Source: Octopus sinensis
Taxonomy: Eukaryota
NCBI RefSeq assembly: GCF_006345805.1
Contig: NC_042999.1
Location: 82,956,001 to 83,020,000 of the forward strand
Length of the DNA stretch: 64,000 nt
Direction: 5' to 3'
Shown: piece after piece, positions 1-12,500 of the stretch
Layout: the number at the start of each line of letters is the position of its first letter
How positions within the stretch are numbered: the first letter of the stretch is position 1
Notes under the pieces: model-generated
The model's input: the letters and a program-made list of their open reading frames with translations, nothing else
The model's database searches: none
Told to the model about the DNA's origin: nothing
Translations under genes and position numbers: made by a program

Positions 1-1036
1 GCCCATGAGCCTGGCTAGGCTTTAGAAGGGCGCATTTATTTATTTTTTATGATATAAAGAAGGATTATAATAGATACCCTAGGAGCCTATACATATTTGA
101 TTGACCTGCTAAAAATAACGACAAAATTTCCCTCAAATCACAGCCCACACAAACACATTGGATAAGGTGGTCTTCGGTTCCTTTCATATATTGAAGAAAA
201 AGAAAAAAAAACAAGATGGGGTGGTTATAGCTGCAATGCGTTTGTTTATTAGCTTGCTTGATTAGGACTACCCTTAGACAAAACAGCAATAATATTTAAA
301 AGATTGGCACTCTTTTGTCTAACCAGCTGGCTATCTTCCATATCTTTCTTTTTTGTGCATAAATGAATATAAATTCTTGTATTGAAGTGAACATCATTCT
401 CTGCTACTTGTTCATTACGCATAATAAATAAATACATGATGGACTGCAGATGGTTGACACCTCTCCTTCCCAATGTTTTGATATTCTGACAATTAGAAAA
501 CTAAGATCGTTATCATTTTTTTTTTTTTGCACACCATGTGGAACAGGTAAAGGCTGTGTGGTTCAAAAAGTTCAATTTGCAACCATATGGTCCCAGTTTC
601 ATTTCTAATGCATGGCACATTGGGCGAGTGTCTTCGACTATATATCCAAGTGGACCGATTATGAATGAATTCGGTTAACCAAAACTGTGTGTAAGCCTTA
701 TCAGTTATATATTAAGGTAGTGTCTCGAAACTGAGAAAGACAGTTCTGCCTTTTGTTGTTGAATAACCTGCAGATATGATTTGTTTATAGTGATCAGATG
801 TTTGTGCTGCACATGAGGTCATTACCTCCAAATTGACATTGCCTGTACAGGTGCATGGGGAACCACATTTGAGACAATGAATTGGTTGCAGAGTAATATG
901 AGCTGAAATGTCTTGCTCAAGAACATGATGCACTGCCCAGTGTGGGAATCAAATCCATGAGTGTACAATCATGTGTACAACACCTTAACCGCCAGGCCAC
1001 ATGTCCTTAGGATATGTGTGTGTGTGTTTATATATA

Positions 1037-1420
1037 GGTGCAGGAGTGGCTGTGTGGTAAGAAGCTTGCTTCTCAATCACATGGTTCCAGGTTCAGTCCC
1101 ACTGTGTGGTACCTTGGGCAAGTGACTTCTACTATAGCCTCAGGCCAACCAAAGCCTTGTGAGTGGATATGGTAGACAGAAACTGAAAGAAGCTTGTTGT
1201 ATATATATCTATTTGTGTGTTTGTGTTTGTCCTCCCCGCCATCACCATTTGACAACTGGTGTGGGTGTGTTTGTCCCCATAACTTGACAGTTCAGCAAAA
1301 GTGACCAATAGAATAAGTATCAGGCTTTAAAAATAAAGTGGTGAGGTTGATTCATTTAATTAAAAAGTCAAGGTGGTGCCCCAGCATGGCCGCAGTCTAA
1401 TGACTGAAACACATAAAAGA
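1037..1420 (+). mobile_element. CORE-type tRNA-derived SINE (octopus OR-like), full length
   Basis: tRNA-like head (GGCTGTGTGGTAAG A-box; GGTTCAGTCCC B-box-like), CORE-like GGTACCTTGGGCAAGTGACTTCT, internal (TA)/(TG) tract, and tail ...GGTGCCCCAGCATGGCCGCAGTCTAATGACTGAAAC. Many copies of the same sequence occur in the window. Confidence 0.9.
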
Positions 1421-1428
1421 TATATATA

Positions 1429-2075
1429 CAGTAATGCCTTGATAAATGAGTTAATTTGTTCCTGGAGATCATTTGTAAAGTAAAAACTTGTGAAGCAGAG
1501 CAATAATTTCCCTTAGTAGCAATGATATAAATTGTAATTCGTTTCCAGAAAAATATTTTACCTATAAAATTTATAATATTGGTAAAGAAATGGAAAAATG
1601 CAAAGAGTATTTTTATGTAAAGTAAAAGGAATGTCAAGATCATTTATAATAAAAAATATTATTATAAACGATTTCTGAATCACTTTCACTCGCACTGGAC
1701 TTGCACACACCATCACTTGTAGACATGGTTGCTGATTCACAAACACTCACAGACAGACTTGTAGATTTCTTTTTAAAAGAGAAGTGTAGAGTTGTTTACT
1801 TAGAAGAAGCATTTTTTTCACTCTCTATAAAATTCTTAGTAGTACTTAGAAGCATTTGTTATGGAAGAAGAAACTTTTGCACTTCGTTCCAGATTTGGAT
1901 CTTATGCTTGAAAAATTTCCAAGGCTTTATCCAAATGTTGAAATGCTTCCACAAGTCCTTTCAACATGAATGCATTACCTGTCGTTTCATTGAGTGTCCT
2001 TTTCTTATTCTTTTGTTGCCTGCATCACTATATGCAGCTGTGTAGAACCACTGTTGCCACATGTTGTGATGTTGC
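1429..2075 (-). mobile_element. Decayed Tigger/pogo (Tc1-mariner superfamily) DNA transposon: 3' TIR plus transposase C-terminus
   Basis: TA|CAGTAATGCCTTGATAAATGAGTTAATTTGTTCC... at 1427-1550 resembles Tigger TIRs. The minus strand (~1970 to 1770) reads FMLKGLVEAFQHLDKALEIFQA*DPNLERSAKVSSSITNASKYY*EFYRE*KNASSK*TTLHFSFKKK, matching the recalled Tigger C-terminal motif (FTLKxLxEAF...DPNxERS...YRExYxEKK...QTTLDxFF) with several stops. Confidence 0.85.
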
Positions 2076-2353
2076 CACACACACACACAAAATGGCCATT
2101 TAACCTTTTTATATTTATTATAAAATAAAATTCGTACACCCTGGGTCACTAAACTTTTTTTTTTCCTTGATAGCCATTTGACCAATTGACCATAGTGTTT
2201 CTCCACTTCCGCAAGGTGAAGTTTGTCTTTGTATAGATTCTGATGAGCTGTCCACAAGTTTGTGGCTTTCAAAGATTTGAAGCCATTGGTCATTCTATGA
2301 CCAGACTTTAACTTTAGTGATTTAATACTAATTTACTGCTCTGTTCTTTAGAG

Positions 2354-3170
2354 CAGTGTTTCTCAACCTTTTTACCCTTGTGTAATCACATGCACATGCG
2401 CGCCTGCACATTTGCCAAAGAAAATATATATATACATACCTGAACACACGCTCACAGAGACGCGCTCAAAAAAGTTTATATACACGTCTATATACGCACA
2501 TGTACAAGAAAAAGACAGGGTGGAAGGCAAAATACAGAAAAATGTGTAAAAAATAAAGCAATAAGAATATATAAAGTAAAGGAGTAAAAGTGCTCATAGC
2601 AAATGCATATGCACGCATGTACATACATACACTTGCATGCACGCACACCCACTACTTGAAACGCACACATGCGTCAAAAATATACATACCCGCACACACG
2701 CTCACATACACCCGTGCATATACACATCTATATACGCTCATGCACAGGAAAAAACCAGCGTGAAAGGTAAAAGCGAGAAAAAATGTGTAAAGATATATAA
2801 AGCAATAAAAATATAAAAAGTAAAAGAGTAAAAATGCTCATAGCAATCGCGTATGCATGCATGCACACCCACGTACATGTGCCTATGTGCATATACTCCT
2901 CCACACTCGCTTAAAACGCACATGCGTACTCACGCACACAGAAAATATAAAATATATATATACATACCTGCACACATGCACAAGAAAAATTGCAGGGTGG
3001 AAGGTAAAAATACAGAAGAAATGTGTAAAAAATATGAGCAATAAAAATATAAAAAAATATATATCTCTATAAATATGTAAACAAATATGTAAAAAATATA
3101 TAAGAAATATAAATAAAAAGTATAGAGAAATAAAAAGCTCGTACATGAACACAATATAAAAAGCAAGTAC
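2354..3170 (+). repeat. hAT-type TIR followed by about 3 diverged copies of a ~240-bp tandem unit
   Basis: CTTTAGAG|CAGTGTTTCTCAACC at 2346-2368. The anchor CAGGGTGGAAGG..AAAATACAGAA..AATGTGTAAA...AGCAATAA recurs at about 2517, 2756 and 2994. Confidence 0.7.
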
Positions 3171-4330
3171 TATTTGTGATCATAACCTCACCTAAATGCC
3201 CGGTATTTTAAGGTGGTTGGTGCCACTTTGCACCAGAGGCTGTGTGCATGTCGGATCCATCTAACACAGATAGAATTTGCTTTTTATATTTGTTGTCTTA
3301 CCATTACTATCAATATCAGCCGAAATTACTACGATGATCCGGTTCTTGACTGAAGACTGAGGGGTTCGAATGTCCTGTCCATGTTTATTGTATCGTCTTC
3401 TATGAGTTATACGTTCTTGTCCATGTTGTATTTTTCTACATACCTTAATATATATATATATATATATATACACACTCACACATAAAAGTGTGTGTGTCTT
3501 TGTATTTTCCCCTCCACCATTCCACAACCAGTGTTGGTTTGTTAGTGTCCTTTTAACCTAGCAGTTTGGCAAAAGTTCCAGATTTTAAACAAAATAAGTA
3601 TTGGGGGCCAGTCAATTTTAGTTTCCAGTGCCCCAGTTTGGCTACAATCCAATGATTGACTCGAGTAAAAGATAAAAGATAGACACACAGACACCTCTAT
3701 ACATGCACATAGACATAGACATGACAGATAAACAGGCAGACACCTAATCAAACTTAGACGTTGATGTAGATATTTATAAAAACATCTCAGTGTTGTGCAC
3801 TGTCTGCACTGTTGCCCTTGCACGAATGACATTCCTACAGTTTCAAGAGAGGGGCTAGAAAAAAAAAACAAACAAAAAAAACTGTATCATGCCATGTACA
3901 TGCAATGAGACACGTTGACAGAAAGGACAGCTAGTGAAATCACTTCATAAATCTAGTATCAAATGCTACGTGCTGCAGCTGGCGTAGACACACTGCTAAG
4001 TCGTTTGCAGAGTACCTGGTGCAATGCACTCACTTTGACCTGGTACAGCTCATCGCATTATTTGGCTTTCTCACCATTAAAGTTTGCTTCAGAAAGTAAA
4101 TAAAAGATAATAGATAAGACTGGTTGTTGTTGTTGTGGTGGTGGTGGTGGCAGTGGCGGCGTCGGTGGTGGAGGTACTGGTCGTGTTTGCTGTGATAGTA
4201 CTGCGATTTGGAGTTTGGTAGTTGTGTATATCATTAATGGTTGTTGTGAGATCGTTACTGTAGTGGTTGTAAAGTTTGTTTTGGTAGCAGTTGTGGTTAT
4301 AATAATTATATTTTAATTATAATTAATAAA

Positions 4331-5830
4331 ATGGTGGTGAGCTGGCAGAATCATAAGCATGCTGGATAAAATGCTTAGCGATATTAGCATGCCGGGCGAG
4401 ATGCTTAGCGGTATTTCGTCTGCCACTATATTCTGAGTTCAAATTCAGCCGAGGTCGACTTTGCCTTTCATCCTTTTGGGGTCAATTAAATAAGTACCAG
4501 TTACGCACTGGGGTCAATATAGTCGACTTAGTCCGTTTGTCTATCCTTGTTTGTCCTCGCTGTGTTTAGCCCCTTGTGGGTAGTAAAGGAATAGGTATTT
4601 CATCTGTTCTCACTTTCTGAGTTCAAATTCTGCAGAGATCGACTTTTACCTTTCATCCTTTCAGAGTTGATAAAATAAGTAGTGGTTGTTGGGGTTGATG
4701 TAATTGACTTACTCACACCCTGAAGTTGCTGGCATTGTGTTAAAATTTGAAACCAATTTCAATTAATAATGAAGCTCTTGATTGTACTTACTCTTGTGAA
4801 TAGTGGGATACTGTTTGTAATTAGATTTCTCACATAGTTAGGTACTTCATGTCATTCTGTTAATCCTATTATTCCAATCCCTATTTAATATTAATTCTTT
4901 TTAAGGTGACGAGCTGGCAGAAATGTTAGCATGCCAGGTGGAATGCTTAGCAATAGTTTGTCTGTCTTTATACTCTGAGTTCAAATTCCACCGAGGTCAA
5001 CTTTGCTTTTCATTCTTTCGGGGTCGATAAATTAAGTACCAGTTACACACTGGAGTCGATCTAATCAACTGGAACCCCCCCCCCCCAAAAAAAAATTTTG
5101 GGCCTTATGCCTAGAATAGAAAAGAATATCCGTTTTAAGGTGGCGAGCCAGCAGAATTGTTGGCATGTTGGGCAAAATGCTCAGCAACATGTCATCCCAC
5201 TTTATATTCTAGGCTCAAATTCCACTGAAGTTGACCTTGCCTTTCATCCTTTCGGGAACAATAACAGTACCAGGTAAGCCTTGGGGTTGATGTAATTGAC
5301 TTATTCCCTCCTTCAAACTTGTTGACCGTGAGCCAAAATTTGAAACCATCATTAATTCCTTCTAATTTTACCTCAGTCAGCAATTTTTAGAGGAGGGGGT
5401 AAGTTGATTAAATTGCCCTTGGTAATTACTTGGTACGTTATTTTATCAACCCAAAAAGAATGAAAGTCGAAGTTGTTCCCAGTGGGATTTGATCTCAGAA
5501 CATATGGGAGCCTGAAGAAATGCTGCTAAGCATTTTATCCAGAGGCACTAATGCTTCTGCCAGCTCACTACCTTCCGGATAGATATTGGTTTCAATCTTT
5601 GGCACAAGGCTAGCTATTTTGGGGGAGGGGGTATATCAATTACATCAACCCTAGTGCTTAACAGGTACTTATTTTATCAACAACGAAAGAAAGGCAAAGT
5701 TGACTACGACAGTATTTGAACTCAGAATCTAAAGACAAATGAAATGCTATGAAGCATTTCACCTGGTGTGCTAATAATACTGCCAGCTTGACGCCTTCTT
5801 CCAAAATAATATTAATAACAATCAATGACC
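4331..5830. mobile_element. Cluster of Meta-domain-like tRNA SINEs: plus-strand copies (~4331-5350) followed by minus-strand copies (~5375-5830)
   Basis: Repeated GAGCTGGCAGAA..TTAGCA...TCTGAGTTCAAATTC..GAGGTCGACTTTGCCTTTCATCCTTT.GGGGTCGATAAATTAAGTACCAG, with reverse-complement copies after 5375. Confidence 0.85.
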
Positions 5831-6720
5831 TGTTGGTTTTCATAATAGGTGTGTTGGTTGAGAAAATGACTCACTATTTTGTCACGTCTTCACTTTTGAG
5901 TTTATTTCTTGCTTGAGTCCACTTTGACTTTAATCTAACTAGGCTCAATGAAATAAAGCCCAGTTCAATTCTGAGTAAGGGAAGAGAAGGGTAGGAGTTT
6001 GGTTTGCATCTCTATCCCTGTGTTAGAAATGATCAAACTTAGCAAGATCCCTAAGGTATGAACTGATATAAGATGATAGTGATGATGATGATGATGATGG
6101 TTGGTATTTACTAGTAAGTTCTTCAGGCCCCTCATCAGTACTTCAAGTTGCAGTCTCATTGACTGTGTTTCGAGTAGGGATTCACACATGTTTATTTATT
6201 TATTCTCCATCTAAAAAAAAAAAAAATCATGTATGATATATAAGAGACCCGCAGAAAGGAAAAGACCAAAGAAAAGCTAGTAAGAAATGGAGAAATTCTG
6301 TGCAAACCATATACATGCACGTTGAGAAAACAAAACTTTGATGATTATGTGTGTGTGTGTGTGTGTGTATGAAATGAAAGAAATATGTGCTTGATGTTAT
6401 TATTTAAGTATATTTTCTGTAATTTGTGTGTGCATGTGTTCATGTGTATCTCTTTCATGTCTGCCTTCTTCCCACACAAACAACTATTCCTCCTTACTTC
6501 AAATGAGATAAGAAGACAACAATGCCCAATGGCTAGAAACTGAACAAGTTTAGTGTATGTATGTATTTAAAATTATGTGTGTGTGTGTGTGTGTGTACTG
6601 CATCATTTTGCTCACTCACCTGTCAAATACAGAATCTGAGATGAAGTGTAGTGGTGGTGATGGTAGTTAGTTGTGAAGGTACTGCTAGTGAAGAGTATGA
6701 AGTAAGTCAAAGTGTCTGCG

Positions 6721-6755
<35 letters not shown>

Positions 6756-7974
6756 ATTTGTGTGTGTGTGGCTGGCTGGCTGTTGGAAAGTTGTTATGAA
6801 GAAGAAAATCTGAGGTGAGATAAGACAGAACAGAAGGATAAAAGGTACTTGACCCATTTTGTCTCCATCTCTCCTTCACTCTCTCCTTCTCACACACAAA
6901 CATACAGGCATATACACACAACCAGTTTTCACTGTATTACATACACTATACACATATTTGCATCTATATACATACATAATATATATATATATGAACAAGT
7001 GCATTACACACCTATATGTGCATATTCATGCATACACATATGTGCTTACTCTTGAATGAGCACATTATACACACGTGAAAATAATTAACTCAAATGCAAA
7101 ACACATGCACACACACACACACTTGTATGCAACTATCCAGACATATATCAATGTGCAAGTTTACATATATACACACTTGTCTATAGATGTTGATGTATAC
7201 ATGTATGTACATACATCTGCGTATATACTCACTTGCACATATATACTCACTTGCATGTGCATTTACTCATATGCCTACATGAACAAGTGTACCACATATT
7301 TTATTATTTACTTAGCTTTACTGACCTGGAAAAGTTTCGAGGAAGAGAGAGAGAGAGGATGAAAGATTGATAGCACGTGTGCATGTATGTTTCTGTTTAT
7401 GGCTGTATATGTGTTTTTAACGTTAAATTTTCTTTTAAAATTTTTGGTTTTATTCCTGGAATTTGATGGGTTTAAAAAATTTTTTTTTTTAATCTTATAA
7501 TTGAAGATTGCATTCCATTATTCTTTGTTGTATATATATTCATTTTGTTCTTTTACTGGTTTCTGTCTTTGGAATGTGGCCATACTGGTGTTTGCCTTCG
7601 AGGATTTTAGTCAATTACATCCATCTCTATTTTATCAAATGGCTACATTTAACTTTGGCATAAAGGAACATAATTCAATAGTTAAACACCACAAGGTATT
7701 TGTTTGATGCACTGATTTGCACATGCACATGTGATGTGTAGTTGCGTCTGACTACTTAATTGTCCTTAAAAGCATGCAAGCTAGGAATTTGGTAGAATAC
7801 GCTGATTTTCCCTAAGTAGCTTGCACTGAGATTGAACTTGGAACCAAACGTTTGGGAACTTAGTATCTTAACCCACATATCACCATTACATTGTGGTATA
7901 CTGATCTCTTTCACATTGTTCAATGAATGAAATACAGTGTCACAAAAACACAGATACTCCTATCTCTCTTTCAA

Positions 7975-8047
<73 letters not shown>

Positions 8048-8604
8048 CGCATACACAAAGAGAGGCACATTCATACATATATATATCTGTGTATATATAT
8101 ATATGTAGTCATACACTTGCATACATACACATAAGAGATTTGTACAAATTCATATGTATGCTGTAATTTTTCTTTTAATCTCCCTTTATGTTAATGAGAG
8201 AGGCTTGACTTCTTTGAACAGTGACACACACACACACACACACATTAGAACGATGCCAACACACACACACATTAGCATGACACCAACACAGATACATGTA
8301 CACACATACCGTCATTCACCCACATTCATTTCCACACTCCTACATCCGGGTGGAAATCCAATGAATTTCCATAAATTAACATAAATTATCGCAAGAGAGG
8401 ACAGGAAGTAATGGTCTACAATTGTCTGTAGTTGTTCCTGGTTTATAAACTGATTCAGTTCTCTTCTCATGAATCTCATCACTAACTGACAAGTGTTTTT
8501 TGTTTTTTTTTCAATTCAGTGTATAGCAACATATATGTTCATTAGGGTACTGCTCGTTAGGGTACCAGCAGAAGAGAAGTAAAATGTGGCAAAATGAATG
8601 GAGG

Positions 8605-9075
8605 TGCTGGCATAGCTGTGTAGTAAGACGTTTGCTTCCCAACCACATGGTTCCAGGTTCAGTCCCACCATGTGGAACTTTGGGCTTGTGTCCTCTACAA
8701 TAGCTTCAGGTTGACCAATGACCCATGAGTGAATTTGGTTGATGGAAACTGACGAAAGGGCAGCGAGCTGGCAGAATCATTAGCACGCCGGGCGAAATGC
8801 GTAGCCGTATTTTGTCTGCCGTTGCGTTCTGAGTTCAAATTCCGCCGAGGTCAATTTTGCCTTTCATCCTTTCGGGGTCGATTAAATAAGTACCAGTTAC
8901 GCACTGGGGTCGATATAATCGACTTAATCCGTTTGTCTGTCCTTGTTTGTCCCCTCTGTGTGTAGCCCCTTGTGGGCAGTAAAGAAATAGGAAACTGACC
9001 AAAGCCTGTTGGGTGTGTGAGTGTGTGCGTTAATGTCTCATTGCTTTGACTTTATGTGATACTCATAAAGCGAAT
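8605..9075 (+). mobile_element. Older CORE-type SINE interrupted by a younger SINE
   Basis: Head at 8605-8753 resumes after 8999 (CAAAGCCTGTTGGG...). Confidence 0.8.
8754..8989 (+). mobile_element. Young Meta-domain-like SINE with a 10-bp target-site duplication
   Basis: CpG-intact copy flanked by GGAAACTGAC at 8744-8753 and 8990-8999. Confidence 0.92.
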
Positions 9076-10024
9076 CTCACTGTCATACAAGCAATGTCCT
9101 TTTATCTTTTGTTTCAGTTATTAGACTGTGGCCATGCTGGGGCACCACCTTCATTTATAATCCTGGCTAAAATCATGTCTGGTCATGGGAAAATATTACC
9201 TAACTTAGAATCAGCTGAGGGTTGGTGACACGAGGGGCATCTGGCTGTAAAACATCCATCTGACCCATCTTAGCATAGAAAATAGGTGCCCAGTGACCAT
9301 GATATATAAATATATACACTCTGCTTTATATATTGGTTTCAAATTGTGGCAGTTTTGGGGGATGGTTGACCCCAATACTCATCTGGTACTTATTTTATCA
9401 CCTCTGAAGAGACAAAAGGCAAAGTTGACCCTGACAGCATTTGAACTTAGAATGTAAAGACAGACGAAATCATGCTAAGCATTTGGCCCAGCAAGCTAAC
9501 GATTCTCCTAGCCAACTGCCTTACTCTGCTGTATATATATTGAGTTACATTCCCCCCCATATTTGTATAGCCAAACCTGTGTGTGTATATGTATGTATGT
9601 GCACACACACTCACATACAAACACATATTGAGGTACACATACATTGTGTATGCATGAATGTATGATTAGGTCAACCTCCTTTCTCTTTTGCTCTCACTAA
9701 CATTATGAAAATTCCCTATCATGTTGGGAATCAAACCCTCATTCCCGTCTTTATTTATTCAAAGGGGAAATTATTGGCCCAAAGATTTCATCTCTGCTTC
9801 CTTCCAATGACAGTTTTTGACCCCTGACTTTATCACCTCTCTCCCCCCTTTCTCTCTCCCTTTCACACACACACACACATAAGCACTTATAGACACATAT
9901 GCAAGCACTTAGACATATACACATCATACATATACAAACTTCCCCTCTCTTTGTCCTCTCTATCTCACAATATATCTGTTTCTTTAACTGTTCCATCCAT
10001 GCTTTGTAGATGGCATATAAATAA

Positions 10025-10211
10025 GGATATAGGAGTGGCTGTGTGGTAAGTAGCTTGCTTACCAACCACATAGTTCCGGGTTCAGTCCCACTGTGTGGCA
10101 CCTTGGGTGTCTTCTATTATAGCTTCGGGCCAGCCAAAGTCTTGTGAGTAGATTTGGTCGATGGAAACTGAAAGAAGCCTGTCGTATATATGTATATATA
10201 TATATATATAT

Positions 10212-10245
<34 letters not shown>

Positions 10246-10630
10246 ATATATATATAATATATATATATATATGCATATATGCAGCACGGAATTTTGTCAG
10301 TGTCCAGGTCGCAGTTTCAAAGCGACGAAAATATTTTGGCAAATTAAATTTATATATTGAAGTGAATCTAACGGTTTTTGAGCATTTTTAAATGGCTTAT
10401 AAACACCTTCCACTCTGCAATTGTTTATATATATATATATCTTTTGTCCCCCACACCATCGCTTGACAACCTATGTTGGTGTGTTTACATCCCTGTAACT
10501 TAGTATTTTGGCAAAAGAAACTGATAGAATAAGTACTATGTGTGCAAGGAATAAGTCGTGGGGTCGATTTGTTCGACTGAAGGCGGTGCTCCAGCATGGC
10601 CGCAGTCAAGTGACTGAAACAAATAAAATG
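10025..10630 (+). mobile_element. CORE-type SINE with expanded (TA)n and an internal ~140-bp insertion
   Basis: Complete head, CORE region and tail. A non-SINE segment at about 10280-10419 lies inside the (TA)n tract. Confidence 0.88.
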
Positions 10631-11030
10631 GGATTAACAAGAAAGAATATATATAATATAAAGTCTCTGCCTATACATGACTGCGTGTGTATATATACAC
10701 AAGCAGTTTTAAAAAAACGTGTATAAATGCATGCATGCATTTCATGTATATCGTGTGGAGTTTATGAACTTGTGTTTTTGTGAGTGTATACTCAAATTTT
10801 TAAGTAGGCTTATATACACAGGCAGAGCTGTTTATTATAACCATAGATATGGTTATCAAACAGATATCAAAATTATTTAAAGTGAGTTTACCTGGTTACA
10901 CTCGAAAAGGTTCAAATATTATTGTATTCTCCATTTACTTGCTTAGTATTATCAAAATGATTGTATTTAATCTGCCACAGTGTATATATGTATGTTTGTG
11001 TGTGTATAAGATATAAATAAAATAAATGCG

Positions 11031-11148
11031 CCCTTTTAAAGCCTAGCCAGGCTCATGGACCCGGTTTCCCGGTTTCTATTGCATATGTGTTCCCCATCTG
11101 GACAGGACGCCAGTCCATCGCAGCGTTACTCATTTTTGCCAGCTGAGT

Positions 11149-11150
<2 letters not shown>
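11031..11150 (-). mobile_element. 3' part of another SINE family (reverse-orientation copy of the same tail at 1-45)
   Basis: AAATAAATGCGCCCTTTTAAAGCCTAGCCAGGCTCATGG at 11031 is the near-exact reverse complement of 1-45. Confidence 0.7.
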
Positions 11151-11206
<56 letters not shown>

Positions 11207-11302
11207 CAACATGGAAATATATATATATATAGTCCAACATGGAAATATATATATATATAGTCCAGCATGGAAAACAGACATTAAAGGATGATGATGATGA
11301 TG

Positions 11303-11340
<38 letters not shown>

Positions 11341-11670
11341 CATCAGCATATACATACAGTTTAGGCATAGACCTCTTACCTCCTCAGAATCACACCAACA
11401 TACTTACTTAGACATGCATACACACACACACTTGCACCCACACACACTTATGTATGCGGCTGTGTGTTAGGAGTTGGTGGTGGTGGGGCTATGTTTAATT
11501 TGTGTGTAAGCATTTTACACACACACACACACATACACATACATATATTCTGTTGCCATGTTCATATGTGTATACTTTTCTTTTGATGTGTAATGCGTGT
11601 GTATATCTAAATGGAATGATTAAATATTGCAGTTAAGATAAAATAATGAGAGAGAGGGGGGAAAGAGAGG

Positions 11671-11710
<40 letters not shown>

Positions 11711-12169
11711 TATGTGTGGGTGTTGTTGTGGTTGCAGACAGACATGTGGTTTAACTTAGAGTTGGCCTTGAACTCAGTCATCATGGGGCTAAGAGAGAGA
11801 GAGAGGCTGCCAGGGTTATTTTATGCTGCTTAACATCTTGCTTGAGTACAACAGGAAGAAACACGAGTGTGGGTATACATTCAGCAAAATGCAGTTCTGT
11901 GGAACTGTATCATCTTACAGTTACTTCTTGTTGCAATGTAGAACAGTCATTTCGACTATACAGGTACTATGACAGTTGCTTTGGTTTTATTATTTTGTCA
12001 AATGGTTAAATCACTTATGCTGTTTGCATAAGAGACCATCTCTCAGAACACAAACAGCATTGAGCTAGGAGGCGGACCTTGAAGGTTACTATATATATAT
12101 TGTAGGACTTTTTTTGTGAAAGAACATCGTCAATGTTCCAAAATTTGCATTTTAAAGTCTAGCTTTCTT

Positions 12170-12500
12170 CTTACAGAACCAAACACAACAAAATCTAAAA
12201 CTCAGATGAGATCTACTGTGGAATACTGTATCTGCAATTTGGTCCAGTGTTGTTGCTCTACCTACCAACATCTTAGACTGTGTCCAAAATGAAGACCATC
12301 TTTGTCATTTGCCAGCACATTCCAGCCTCTAGCCCACTGACATACCGTGTCCTCTTTCTTTACCTTTTCTACTGCTTCTGTAAAGGTTTCTGGTTCTTGA
12401 AACTGGTTGGTTACAGACCACATTCACTTAAGCATTTCTGATTCATCACTTCACCTCTATTTTGTCCAGTATCCCTAAATATTGCTGCACCCCCTCCCTT
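12170..12500 (+). mobile_element. Fossil CR1/Jockey-group LINE, 3' end of ORF2
   Basis: Frameshifted reading KTQMRSTVEYC ... TFQPLAH*HTVSSLS ... FYCFCKG resembles the recalled motif YKxQIRPxMEYC ... LQPLSHRRxVxSLSLFYRYY. Confidence 0.65.

Noticed and set aside
1037-1110. tRNA-like sequence (and similar heads elsewhere)
   Set aside because: SINE heads, not cloverleaf tRNA genes.
1701-2045. 114-aa plus-strand ORF
   Set aside because: Antisense to the decayed Tigger transposase.
4034-4086. 53-nt minus-strand exon candidate QTLMVRKPNNAMSCTRS
   Set aside because: Good GTGAGT donor but a rare AAG acceptor and a short frame; indistinguishable from chance.
8520-8580. Strong plus-strand acceptor (CACTAAC...TTTTTCAATTCAG)
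   Set aside because: Downstream frames close quickly and there is no convincing donor.
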